This document shows positions 13,445 to 27,188 of a stretch of 64,000 nt of DNA, one piece after another. Every line of letters begins with the position of its first letter. Positions within the stretch are counted from its first letter, which is position 1. Position numbers and translations under genes: made by a program. Source of the stretch: Octopus sinensis (taxonomy: Eukaryota); contig NC_043005.1 of the NCBI RefSeq assembly GCF_006345805.1, forward strand, positions 79,050,001-79,114,000, in the 5' to 3' direction. A model generated the notes under the pieces. The model was given only the letters and a program-made list of their open reading frames with translations, was not told where the DNA came from and searched no databases.

Positions 13445-13481
<37 letters not shown>

Positions 13482-13484
13482 GAT

Positions 13485-13520
<36 letters not shown>

Positions 13521-13544
13521 TATATATATATATTTATATATATG

Positions 13545-13605
<61 letters not shown>

Positions 13606-13665
13606 GATTATATATATATTATATATTATATATAATATATATATATATAATATTATATTATATAT

Positions 13666-13713
<48 letters not shown>

Positions 13714-13719
13714 GATATA

Positions 13720-13754
<35 letters not shown>

Positions 13755-14095
13755 ATAATATATATATATAATATATATATATATATATTTATATATATGA
13801 TTATATATATATATATATATATAGATATATATATATATATATTTATATATATGATTATATATATATATATATATATAATATTATATATATGATATTATAT
13901 ATATATATATATATATTTATATATGATTATATATATATATATATTTATATATATGATATATATATATATATATATATATTTATAATATGATTATATATAT
14001 ATATAATATATATATTATGATTTATATATATATAATATATATATATATATGATTATATATATATATAATATATATATATATATGATTATATATAT

Positions 14096-14140
<45 letters not shown>

Positions 14141-14246
14141 TATTATATATATATATATTTATATATATATATGATTATATAATATATATATATATTATAT
14201 ATATATATGATATATATATATATATATATTATATTATATATATGAT

Positions 14247-14282
<36 letters not shown>

Positions 14283-14421
14283 ATATGGATTATATATATA
14301 TTATTATATATATATTTATATATATATAATATTATTGATTTTATATATAATAATATATATATATATATATAATGATTATATATATATATAATAATATATA
14401 AGGTACATATATATATATATA
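13230..14421. repeat. ~1.2 kb (TA)n array punctuated by TGAT and TTTA
   Basis: Directly visible; recurring tatatatatttatatatatgattatatata unit. Confidence 0.95.
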
Positions 14422-15217
14422 GGAATGTAATTGTCTATTTGATCTCAAACACCATTAAACATACGTGAAGTACACATGCAGTCATAAGCAGAAACAGATA
14501 CGTATGCACGTCTGAGCAAACACGCACGCACATATGATTGTGAATACCTACACATTTGTCTCTGCATATGCGTACACGTGTGAGTGTGTATGTGTGTGTG
14601 TGTGTGTGACTGCGTGTCTGTCTGTTGTCTGTGCGCGCTCGCATGCGTATTTGTGCATTTGTATATATATATATATATATATCATGTCGGAAAGAGAGAA
14701 AAGGGCGACTGAATGATGGAGCAAACGAACGTCGGAAAAAGCGAGATGACGCTGGCCACTCACTACTCATCATAACTTGGTCTCAAGCAGCAATATGAAC
14801 GACTAATTTCAGTGTCGGTCGGTCGCTAAAAATCTCTCGGGCGATATAAGTTTGTGTTTAAAAGCGGCGGTCATCAAAAACCTGTAAAGTCTTTGATTAA
14901 CATTACAGCAAGACACATATTGCAGAATACCGAGTTAGTTTTAGCATGCTACTCCCTGCTGATTTACACAATATTACGTTGCACTCCAGCTGGGCTAGAT
15001 TCCCATTGAAATAGTTTCGTATCAGAGTATTTCGTGTCTAAGCACTTTGGTCAGCCCAGCAAGTGTTTAAACTAAATACCACGGAATAGGTCATCAAGCG
15101 GACACACACACACACACACATACACAATGTACTTGATAAGTAAGAATGAACTTAGCATATACATGGATACAAACAAACGCACATACACGCACGTGTGCTG
15201 ATAACAAAAGCAGACAT

Positions 15218-15250
<33 letters not shown>

Positions 15251-15295
15251 GTACATACATATATAAGCATATATATGTATGTATATATATGTATA

Positions 15296-15345
<50 letters not shown>

Positions 15346-16299
15346 CATAAATATATATACATTTATATATGTGTATGTGTGTGTGCATATGGGTATATAT
15401 ATATATGCATATATGCACGCATTCATATTTATCGAACACATATATATATTGTATGTATGTACTTATGTGATTGCTCGTGGACAGACTTTAAATGGAAACA
15501 CACAAGTATGGCCAGAGTCAATATACATAAATACATATACTTACATACATATATAAATGTGTGTGTATAAGGGTATATTTTGATGTGTATGTATATATAC
15601 ATATATTCAGCCAGAAGAAAATAGCAAGTTCATGAAAGAGAGGAAGAGAGAAAGAGAAAGAGAAAGAGAGTGAGAGAGAGAGAGAGAGAGGCGAACAGAC
15701 AGAGAGACAGAGCCATAGACAGCGAAAAAGGCGGCTTCAGAAAAAGAAACATGGAACAAAATCAGAAAATCACGCACAACATGGCTAGTAGAAAGGACAG
15801 CGAGATATATAATATTGAAAATATACATGGAGAAAGAAAGAGAATAAGAAGTCTGTAAAAGTATAAAGGTTTGTGGCGAAATAAAAGAATGCGAATCACA
15901 CACGCAACTCGTCTACCTAGCGAGACGTCTGTACATCTTTATCTTTAGGGGAATCTTATAGGCGTTGTCGATATATTCATGTGGAGATTATAATGGTTTC
16001 TTACTTAGGCATAAGGTCATAAAGATATATTTTATTTCGCGGAAAGAGATCAGTTGATTTAGATTTCTTCACCTTTAGTGTCTGCCTGGCAATTATATTG
16101 TAGAGGCTCCCGCAAGGATAAAAAGTAAAGCAGATTTCTCCTAGATTTGAAACCAGAGTATATAAGCTGACGTAATTCAAATACTGCAAAGGAATGTTTC
16201 GCTCAACCTTCTCATTCTGGTTTAACGGATTTACCTTTAAATTCCTCTGGTCGTTTTGGAAATATAATTGCTGCTGGTATTGGTACGAGGTCTGCAATT

Positions 16300-17135
16300 T
16301 TAAGGGGAGAGAGAGTAATTTGATTACATTGATCCCAGGGTTCACCAGGTAAGAATTTTATCGGAACCGAAAGAATGAAAAGAAAGGTTGACATCAGTGG
16401 AACTCAAAGTCCAAATGTAAAGCCGGACTAAGTGCTGCTACACATTTAGTCCATTGCACTAACAATTCTGTCTGGTCATCGCCTTTCTCTTTTAACAATT
16501 ATAATAGTTTCAAGTTTTTGTACAGGACCATCAGTTTTCAAGGGGGTGGGGCAAGTCGATTCGCAAGTCGTTTGAAAGGGCCAAACGCTATGTAGGCCGC
16601 GTTGGGAACTGAAATCAGAACGTAAACAGCCGGACGTAATACTACTAAGCATTTTGTCCGGCGAGGGAACGATTCTACAAGATTGCCGCTTAGAAAGGGG
16701 TATTGGATTAACTTATTCTAAGGGGTTACATTTTAATTTTTTACATCAACCCCAGTACTTGAGCGGCACATGTTTATTGACATTGAAAGGATGAAAGCAT
16801 AAAGTGACCAAAGCGGAATTTGATTCGAGAACACAAAGATCAGGAAGAATTTGAACTCAGAGAACAAATGCCTTAACGAATGACATGTTCCAACGCTCTA
16901 ACCACCCTGCCAGTTCACCAAGAAGATATGAGATTTTCTGAGACAAGCCAGCAATTTAAAGAGAAGAGTGGTTGGGGAATACCATTGATCCCAGCACTAA
17001 ATGAAACTTCGTTTCATAATCCAAGGAAGGATTAAGTGCAAAATTGTTCCTTGGTATGATGTAAACGCAGAACATAAAGAGGCGAAACAAATACAGCAAG
17101 GTTCGACTCTCTAACGATTCTGCCTGCTCACCGCT
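16300..17135 (-). mobile_element. Run of about four old, degenerate SINE family A copies
   Basis: gaaag.atgaaa core remnants at 16369 and 16785; aacgattct.c head remnants at 16668 and 17113. Confidence 0.65.
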
Positions 17136-17420
17136 TTTACTGATTTCACGTTTAAGCACAAGACCAGCACGTTAGAAAGGAGCGTGATGGACAGTTATTT
17201 GATGCTGGTAATTCATTTCTATCGACCATCTTTGAATAATGGCAAAATTGATGCAGCAGGAATTACTTTCAGGAATTACATCTCTTCCTTTTGCCATATT
17301 TATCGTTCAACCCATTTCTTCTTTATATATTCATCTTAGGAACTAAAAGATGATGCTTTTAAAATACTCTGCCTGTTGTCACTTAAGTACGTTACTATAT
17401 ATATATATATATATATATAC

Positions 17421-17898
17421 CATTTGCGTGCGGTCCATGGAAACAAGGGAAGCAACGCTTCCCTTAAAAATTATAGAAACAAAATTGGAATTATATTACT
17501 TATTTTTTATACGAGCGTTCTAATGTTCTGTAAAATTAATATAAAGTACATGACATCATAGGTTTCAGATTTTATTGTCGTAATTAGCATGAGACAACAA
17601 ACAGTGGCAGACGACACAAAAGAATCTGTGCAAGGGAAGCTATATGAGCTGTTGCATCCTTTTCGGTGTAATATTTTAACATTTTTTCCATTAAAAATAC
17701 ACCAACGACAATTTTTTTCTAGTAAGAGGTGATAACGAATAGTTTTAGATGCTAATGAATACTTATACGCTTAGATTATGTATCTGTCAATTCGCATTTT
17801 TATGTATAATATGAACATGTCAATTTGATTGAAATATCTATGTGACAGAAAAGTTTGATCATTGCGTCCCCAGCCAGAAAGATCACCGCACGCCACTG
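17421..17898. mobile_element. Non-autonomous DNA transposon (MITE), superfamily uncertain
   Basis: Left CATTTGCGTGCGGT (17421-17434) and right ACCGCACGCCACTG (17885-17898) inverted repeats, flanked on both sides by (TA)n. Confidence 0.7.
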
Positions 17899-17903
17899 TA
17901 TAT

Positions 17904-17957
<54 letters not shown>

Positions 17958-17978
17958 TAATACATACATATATATATA

Positions 17979-19240
17979 CAGGTGTTGGACAAAATAATGG
18001 AAACACCTAGCATCATGGCATCATAATTTTGAAATATCTATAAAACCGTTAAAAAATTTGTTTATTTTTATGTTTTTATTTATTATTAGTGTTGCTTAAT
18101 GCTTAGCTAAAATTGCTGTTTCTTTTCAGATATCATCAGGGAAAGATAATTAAAATTCATGAAAATGACACTTCCATCGGACTTTCAAAAAGATCAAATA
18201 GTTGGTACTCGTATGGCAAGCGCTAGCGTAACGAAAATAGTGGAAATGTTTGGTGTATCAAGAAGTACTGTCTCGAAAGTAATGACAGCCTTTGAGAAAG
18301 TGCGAAAACCATCCTAGTCGAAACAAAACTCCGGAAGAAAACCAAAACTTTCAGATAGGGAGAGTCGGATTTTTACGCGAATTGTTAGAAAGGATCACAG
18401 AACAGCTCCCAAAATTACTGCAGAGCTGAATGACCGCATCGAAAACCGAGTTTCCATAAAAACTGACTGCCGGGAGCCTCACAAAGCCGGATTTCATGGG
18501 AGGGCTGTAATCAGTAAACGACTACTCTAAAAATGTTACGCGACAAAGCGTTTAGAGTGGAGTAAAATCCTACAGAATTGGTCCCTAGAGCAGCGGAAGA
18601 ATGTTATTTTTTCGGATGAGTCATCCTTTATCTTATTTCTGACCACCGGTCGAGTATAAGTGTGGAGACAGACAAAAGAGTGCGGAGACTGCCTTCATCC
18701 AATTGTTAAACCTGGAGGAGGATCTGTGATGATCTGGGGGTGGAGGAGGGGATATATCTTGGAAATCTAAAGGCCCAATGGTTTCTCTTCTTGGCAGTAT
18801 TAATAGTCAAGATTATTTAAGCATTTTATCTTATCAAATTCATCCTATGCTTGTGGAACTGTTTCCGGGGAAAAATGCCATCTTTCAGGAAGGTAATGCA
18901 CCAATTCACTAACTAAAGTTGATACTGAATGGCACGAGGAACATTCTAGTGAAGTTGAACATCATTTCTGACCACTACAGTCCCCAGATCTCAATATTAT
19001 TGAACATTTATGGTGCGTTTAAGAAAAAACAAGTAATGAGTTGACTTCCTCCACCGTCATCACTAGAAGAACTGGAGACTGTTTTAGCTGAAGAATGGAC
19101 AAAATTCTTTTGGAAACAATTCAAACTTTGTACGAGTCCAAACCTCTTAGAATACAAAGTATAATTAGTGCCAAAGGTGGTCCCACCCCATATTAAAATA
19201 AATTTGTTTGAAATTTTAATGTGTTTCCGTTATTTTGCCC

Positions 19241-19242
<2 letters not shown>
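17979..19242 (+). mobile_element. Near full-length Tc1-family DNA transposon (~1.26 kb)
   Basis: Left TIR TA|CAGGTGTTGGACAAAATAATGGAAACAC; right GTGTTTCCGTTATTTTGCCCA with outer bases eroded into (TA)n; encloses a transposase relic. Confidence 0.95.
18165..19196 (+). pseudogene. Tc1 (DD34E-type) transposase pseudogene
   Basis: Manual translation across stops and frameshifts: DFQKDQIVG..FGVSRSTVSKV (HTH), NSGRKPKLS, KNVIFSDESSF, VKPGGGSVMIWG, IFQEGNAPIH, QSPDLNIIEHLW, KGGPTPY-stop. Confidence 0.92.
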
Positions 19243-19272
<30 letters not shown>

Positions 19273-19274
<2 letters not shown>

Positions 19275-19432
19275 GACGGGCTTCATTTCAGTTTCCATCT
19301 ACGAAATGCACTCACAAATCTTTGGTCGGTCCGAGGCTATAGTAGCAGACACTTGCCCAAAGTGCCACACAGTGATACTGAACTCGGAACCATGTTGTTT
19401 GGTAGCAAACTTTTACCACACAGCTAACCCTG
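19273..19432 (-). mobile_element. SINE family B 5' half
   Basis: acgacgggcttc.tttcagtttcc.tctac..aat.cactcacaa..ctttggtcgg.ccgaggctatagtag.agacacttgccca. Confidence 0.85.
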
Positions 19433-20003
19433 CACATATTATATGTGTGTGTGTGTCTGTGTGTATGTGTGTGTGTCTGTGTGTTGCATCAATGTGTCTG
19501 TAAGTGATGCTTATACCTGATAGTTACTTGTAAATCACCATTATATAGTGGATTTCGCGGGATTAATTTATAAAGATTATCCAGTCGTGAAACGTGTTAC
19601 CTGCATAATTGAAATGAATGACGGTCAAATTGGTATTGAAACCGGGTTTAGACACAGTGGAACGGAAGCATACCTATTGCTCTACACTCGGTGCCATGAC
19701 TTAAGCACTAATTAATTACATAGGTTGACAAATACACAGACCATTAAGAAATTTAAACTATAAGCTGCATTTATCGAACTAAAAAAGGAAACAATGTGTT
19801 AATTATGAAACTTATTGAAGTACCAACACGTAATAACCGAATAATATTCCTTGTTATTGACATGAATGAGAATACTCGCGCACGCACGCTCTCACACACA
19901 GACAAACACACACATTTGCAGACCTATGTATACAAAGATATAGATGTAAGTATATACCTGCACACGCACACCACACACACACATATATATATAGGTATAT
20001 GCT

Positions 20004-20034
<31 letters not shown>

Positions 20035-20061
20035 CATGCATATATGCATATATATCTGTAC

Positions 20062-20135
<74 letters not shown>

Positions 20136-21092
20136 TTTTATGTACATTAGTAAATATATGTAGATAAGTGAATATAAACGTACATATATACATACCTACA
20201 TATAGCCATACACATACATATATATATATGGACACACAGATTCATATATACACACATATACATACATGCATGCATACGTATATACATATATACATACATA
20301 CACACATCCATACTCATATCAACATACGAATATAAACACACGTTATGTTCTTCTGCCAGTAAATAACACGAGTGTCAATTTATAATATTCTTTTCTTCTA
20401 AGCCATTTGTTCCAAATTGTCCGCTGGGATTCGATTTGTATAGATAGAAGTTAATGCCAAAATTTAGTTATGAGAAAATAATACGAATAAATAAAAATAG
20501 TTGAATGCATAATGGAAGGAAATATAATGAAAAGCAAGATCCTCTCGAGAATTCTTGCAAAACATAAAGAACGATGCATTTTGTTAGCGAATTTTGATTC
20601 ATAGAAAATATATATATATGTATATATTTTGTCCTTCTTTTTACTTGTCTTCCATATAATTCGACAATTAGCCACAGGCACATATAGTTTGTAATTAAGG
20701 GGACTCCCCAGTTGGTATATAATGTAGCATCTACTTTGTCTACAGCGTATAGTTAGTTATAGTAAGAAAAATAGATATGTTTATATTCGTGATTAATACG
20801 CGAAGAAGGCCCACTTAGAAATGTGTTATGCACGACAGGACTGCAGCAGATTTTCATTTTTCCAATTAATTTTCATTTCGAATCGTAAAAAATAAAACAC
20901 TAAGAATACGAATAAAAATCAAAAGTGAAAGTAAAAAAAAAAAATTTAAAAATCAGATAATTGGAAAGATTCGCGAAGTGATAAAGACATTTAATAGATT
21001 TAGAACTTTTGTATCTATATTCTGAAAGCCAACCTATTATTTTCCATGCACATATTTCCCTTTATTATTTTTGCTATTATTAATAAGAAAAA

Positions 21093-21124
<32 letters not shown>

Positions 21125-21143
21125 GTGATAGTAGTAGTAGAAT

Positions 21144-21196
<53 letters not shown>

Positions 21197-21748
21197 TGTT
21201 CTACTGCTATTGTTGTTATTGTTGCTGTCGTTGTATAAGTCTTTATTGCGTGCCTTCACTGTACTACTGAGCATAGCTTTGTGGGCCTTGGCACTGTGCT
21301 TGTTTTGTTCCTGTTTTTCTTTTTTCTTTCTTTATTATCTATTGTATTTACATTACTCCACATAACAAATATACTGTGTGTCTCGTCATGGTATTTTCCG
21401 GATGTTGTTTCACATTTGTATAACTGCGCTTTTGGTTATCTTTTCGTTTACACGCAATTTTAAAAATGATTTCCGAAATAGCTATTTTTAGAGCAGTTGG
21501 TTCTGTTTTCAGTTACTACATTCTGGTTGTCTCTATTTACAGATCTTAATCATTTGATAATTCCTACATTTTTATTTCTTTGGAGAGATTATTGAATGTT
21601 GCATTTTATACTTAATTCAAATAGCACTGCGTTTTCTTCACAGAAATAAGCGGTTAATTTGTTTTAATATCCCCGTAAACCTGGATTAACTTTTTTAAAA
21701 GTTCAGTCATTTTGTCATTCACTGAGGACTTTCTGGTGTTTATTTCTA

Positions 21749-22094
21749 CAAGAGTTCTCAACCAATTTTTTTTTATATTAATGGACCCTGTTGATTTCTA
21801 ATTCTTGAGGACCCCTCATAGCCATACGATGTTAAAAAATTATTTTTATAAAGTCTCCCTTTAAAATTACTATTTCGTATTTCCCACACTAACTTCTTTA
21901 GGTTGAACTATGCTTAGAGAAGGGAATCTTGCTGCTTCTTGCAATACAAATCAATACATACATCTAAATCAAAAATTTTCAGAGGCTTTTTAAATACTAT
22001 TGTGGATACCCAATTTATTATTTTATTGCATGGATCCCTCCAAAATTTCTTATGAAACTTCAGGGGCGATATGAACCCCGTATGAGAACCACTG
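21749..22094. mobile_element. hAT/Charlie-like MITE
   Basis: CAAGAGTTCTCAACC left end and GAGAACCACTG right end (CAGTGGTTCTC-type TIR), internal repeated ATGGACCC-like motifs; no clean 8-bp TSD. Confidence 0.6.
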
Positions 22095-22204
22095 ATTATA
22101 CTATGTATCTTAATAATGCTTGCCTAATTTTTTTGAACGAAAGACGACTGAGCTGTGCTTTCAAAGACATTGCTTCCTGGTTTGTTACCATTAATATTCA
22201 TCAG

Positions 22205-22790
22205 GTAGCAGGCTGACGGAATCGTTAGCGCATCAGAACATAAATGCTTAGCGCCATTTCCTACAGTTTTGTCTTCAGATTTCAAATAACGCCAAAATCG
22301 CTTTCGCATTCCTTGTTGACGATAAAATTAAGTACCAGTCACGTACTGCGGTCGCCGAGATCGACTAACCCCTCACCAAAGTTTTCACTTTATGTCTGAA
22401 TTAGGAAGGATAAAGGTGGAGAATTGGCAGAATCGTCAGCGTATTGGAGAAAATGATTGGTAACATTTCTTAAGGTTTTATGTTTTATGTTCAAATTCCT
22501 CGAAAGTCGACTTTGTCTTCCAAACTTTCGGAATCGATAGAATAAGCCCCAGTCAAGCATTGAGGTCGATGTAAGCGATTAGTTCTCTCCTATAAAAATT
22601 CCAGGCATTAGTACTCTACTAGAAAGAATTATTAAGGCGGTGAGCAGGAAATATCGTTAAGATCTCGAAGAAACTGCTTAGTTACATATTTTCGAGTTCT
22701 TTATGTTTTGAGTTCAAATTCGCCCGGGTCGATGATTTCGATTAACGCGCCTCTTTTCAAAATTATAAGCCATGTTTCTAAATGTGACAC
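22205..22790 (+). mobile_element. Three degenerate SINE family A copies in tandem
   Basis: Heads at ~22205, ~22413, ~22634, each followed by a ttcaaat B-box remnant and core remnants. Confidence 0.75.
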
Positions 22791-24119
22791 TATTATTCAG
22801 GAACCTAGAAAATAAATAACAATTCAAAGACTAGGTTCAATATAGTGATGTATATTTCTTCAAATCAGTAACTGTGATTATCGTAGAAATCATAATTTGT
22901 GACAAGTGCAAAGAAAACAAGGAGTAGTTGAATATAGGACCTCTCCCGTTAATACATATATAAAATAAACTTAGATATGTTTTGCGAAGAAGTGGCTCAA
23001 ACCATACATAAATTGATAAAGACAAGTTTTCTGGCGTCATGCCCCATTAGAGGAAGGCAGTTCTTGTTGACTGAGATGTATTGATCGAGATATAGGTGGC
23101 CTGTATGGCATCCTTTGGAAATATGTGTCCAAATGTCGTCTGGAGGTAATGGGATCTTTCTGTCTTTGATTTGTTTTGCAATTTTGTTAAATAGAGCAGG
23201 CTTTTTTGTAGTGAAAAGTAATTGTGTTGCAAAATACTTAAATGTTTTGCTACATTTACACTGATATAAATAGCTAAAAACATGGAATAATGTTTATTTT
23301 TTTCTCTAGTTTTGAACTGTATACAATTTTCGAATTTCATTAATCGATGACCAAATATTTTCAATTAAAAATTGAACTTATTACAATATGATTAAGGGAA
23401 ATTATGATAAAAAATAATGCTTAAAATAAATTAGAATATAAATTAAAATATAAAAATAAATTAACAAATAATTATTAATCAATATAATTACAGAAGTTAT
23501 TTATTCTATAAATAATAATTTCTTCTAAACAGAATGTCTCCCTTGATGATTATATTCTTTTAAAATGCCATCAACTCAACTTGTTTTCTTTTACTCAGAG
23601 TTTATATTTAAAACCAACATTGATAAAATGACATTTCCATCGCCGCCTAAATAATTACCTGCTAATTAGCTTGGTTTTACATACACCCACTGCATTTTAT
23701 ATAATCATTAAGAGTTTAAATGGAAGAGGAATTTTGACATTAAAAATCTTCAAGTTGACGGGCGAGATTAAAACACGAAGAATAAAATTGCAATTCTAGC
23801 ATGATGTAATAATACAATTCTTAAACAGGCCTGCTGAAAACCGTGCTACTTATATTTGTAAAATATTTTAAATTTTGCAACATTTTATCTCCTTTATTAT
23901 CTTCTCTTTTCTCAGAAAGGTGGTATAGGTTCCCTTAGGACAAACTAGTGTTTCATTTCTCTACTTCTGCATAATATTTTTGAAAAACATGGGATACCTC
24001 TATATGCATAATTACTGTCTCACAGAAATTTGAAATTTGCTAATCAATCCGAAACGAGCATACTTTTGTAATTTACTTATACATACATACATACATACAT
24101 ACATATAATTATATGTGTG

Positions 24120-24268
24120 TGCTGTTGGTGATATTTTCTCTTGTCTGGACGTTTCCGTTTTTTTTCTGACGAAGAACTACGTTCGGAACGTCAAAAACTT
24201 TCGCTTTTTGTCGAGCATCAAACTGATACCTTCCACTTGCACAACCCCTTGTTCCATTATTCAATTTG

Positions 24269-24270
<2 letters not shown>
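24120..24270 (+). mobile_element. Probable Penelope-like pseudo-LTR fragment containing a minimal hammerhead motif
   Basis: TTTTT-CTGACGA-A-GAAC tac GTTC-GGAA-CG-TC-AAAAA at 24161-24197, embedded between microsatellites. Confidence 0.6.
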
Positions 24271-24347
<77 letters not shown>

Positions 24348-24770
24348 GTGTGTGTGTACAAAACCGAATCTCTACTGTGTATATTGAAATACGGCAATAT
24401 TAAACTTATACTTCTCTCCATTTCCAGGTGTGAAATTTAAATACCAGTTATATAACAGTGACTGTACAATTACTTGTACATGTTTAATCGAAACTCTCAA
24501 TTCTTCTTCCAAAATCTAAAGAACAAGGATATAAAAACAAAACAAAAAAAAATGTCATAAATTGCGTACAATGAACATTACTAGAGATAAACATTAACAT
24601 CAAAATAATGGAATATTTAAATATATTTTAATACGAATTTCCATTCTAGAAAATTTTTAACACTGGAAGATGAAAAACAGTTAAGTTTTGTAAAATTGCT
24701 TCCTGGTATATATATATATATATATAGATATATATACATATACATACACACACATATATAAACATCTTTC

Positions 24771-24871
<101 letters not shown>

Positions 24872-24875
24872 CATA

Positions 24876-24920
<45 letters not shown>

Positions 24921-24934
24921 CTCTCTCTCTCTCC

Positions 24935-24969
<35 letters not shown>

Positions 24970-25732
24970 ACCATGTATGTATGTCTACATACATATTATT
25001 TGTGCTTTCGTTCTTTGAGAAATAATATGTAAATTAGGAAAAATGAATTAAATATATATTGGTATTAACTATAAACGGTCAGAAGATAATTATCATGACA
25101 AAATAAAAATAGATAAAACATTAATTATATTTTCATAGAATGAAGTATGAAATGCAAATACGCTTACTTGGTGCGCACACATGGTAAATGGAATAGCATT
25201 CCTAGTTAATTCTTTACTGTGCTGCTGTTCGAAAAAAGCAAAAATCTAATTGGTTTCCTTATATTTTATATAATAACGTATCCCGCAGTAGGAGAAGAGA
25301 CGTTGTGGAAAGAATCAGAGGAAGACGGAGGGAGGGAAGAGAAGTGGTGATAAAGAGATGGTTGTTGAGTGATAGAGTGAGAGAATGGGAAGAGGGAGGG
25401 GGAGGGAAAGATAGAGGGAGAGAAAGGAGATGTATGAAGGAAAGACTAAGGAAGTTATGTGTATTTAAAGTAAAAAAAAATTACATATCACCATATTTAA
25501 CATATGTTCTTTTATATCTTGATGTTAGAGCGGTAGCCAAAGGGTTTACAAAACTGTGTATATCTGTTTCTCGAAAATAAGTGAGTGAGAGAGTTAGAGA
25601 GAGAGAGAGCGAGAGAGAGAAGGGGGAAGAGAGAGAATAGAGAGAAAAGGGAAGATAAGGACGAGACGAAGAACAAGAAGAGGAAAGCGAGGCAGAAATG
25701 AATTACATATGTAATGAGAAAAATGATATGAA

Positions 25733-25735
<3 letters not shown>

Positions 25736-25789
<54 letters not shown>

Positions 25790-25923
25790 CGCATGTATAT
25801 ATGTATATAAATATGTATCTATATATATTTATATATACATGTATATATATATAAGTGTATATAAATATATATCTCCATACAAGTATATGTCTATATATTT
25901 GTATATATATGTATATATATATG

Positions 25924-25955
<32 letters not shown>

Positions 25956-26020
25956 ATATGTATATGTATATATATATATATGTATATATATGGATGTGTT
26001 AATATATATATATCTATGTA

Positions 26021-26069
<49 letters not shown>

Positions 26070-26400
26070 AACAAATATATAATCTTGTTTATGAATATAT
26101 ATTGATATGCATTCATAAATATAACTAACGCATTAATTACATATATACACCCATACGGACAACACGTGTATGTATATATACTATATATATATGCGTATAC
26201 ACACACACACATATATATATATACATGTCTTTATATGTATACATAGATATATGTATGTGTATACATATATGCATATATATATATATATATATGTATGCAC
26301 ACACATATGTATATATATATTTATACATATATACATATATATATACATCTATACATATTATATATATATATATGTATATACGTACGTACGGATGTAAGTA
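25736..26400. repeat. (TA)n/(TATG)n low-complexity block
   Basis: Directly visible; similar blocks at 15197-15440, 26960-27250, 47780-47960, 52150-52560, 53520-53830. Confidence 0.9.
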
Positions 26401-26783
26401 TGCATGTTTGTATGTATTTGTCAACTTATATTTCAAAAAATCAATTGCTCTACCTCGTTGTTGTTTAGCATCCTAACTTTCTGTAGAAGAGGGGCCGCAT
26501 TCATTAGCGGACCCTTAAGATGCTGTTTAGAAATGCGCATATTCATTGAAAATTATTCGCTCAAATTTTGCCCAAGCAGCATCGTTTCCAAAAATACAGC
26601 TTTGGGTATGAATGTAAAGGTCAAGAATGTTTAAGAAAGTTTTAAAATTGAAAATATTTTTCTCTGAACGCAAATCATTTATCGCATTATTTACTGAAAA
26701 ATCAGTATGAACAGGCTGTTTAATAATATATGATTTCGATTCCACGTTACCTACATCGCCATTGCTTGAATTCATATAAAGTC

Positions 26784-26815
<32 letters not shown>

Positions 26816-27137
26816 CAAGTGCGTAGGTGTATTTGCGTGTGTATATGTGTAAGTGTGTTCGTGTGCATGTGGTTATTCATAGAGAAATGCTTTTATGCCT
26901 GTATATGATCATACATAACCACAGATACATAGATACGTATATAAACACCTAACTACAAAGTTGTTTGCCTACACATACATACACAGGTATATAAACTCCT
27001 ACACGTGTGTATATATATATACATATACACACACACCCATATATATATATATATGTTTATACATATATAAATATGTAAATGTATACTTATATATATATAT
27101 ACAAGCATATTTATGTATACGTATATACATATGTATA

Positions 27138-27188
<51 letters not shown>

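Noticed and set aside
22837-23364. Two adjacent minus-strand ORFs in non-repetitive-looking DNA
   Set aside because: No recognisable domain; possibly an old transposon relic but not assignable by eye.
23880-23950. Polypyrimidine tract plus CAG resembling a splice acceptor (also 24410-24428)
   Set aside because: No convincing downstream donor or reading frame; such motifs are common by chance.
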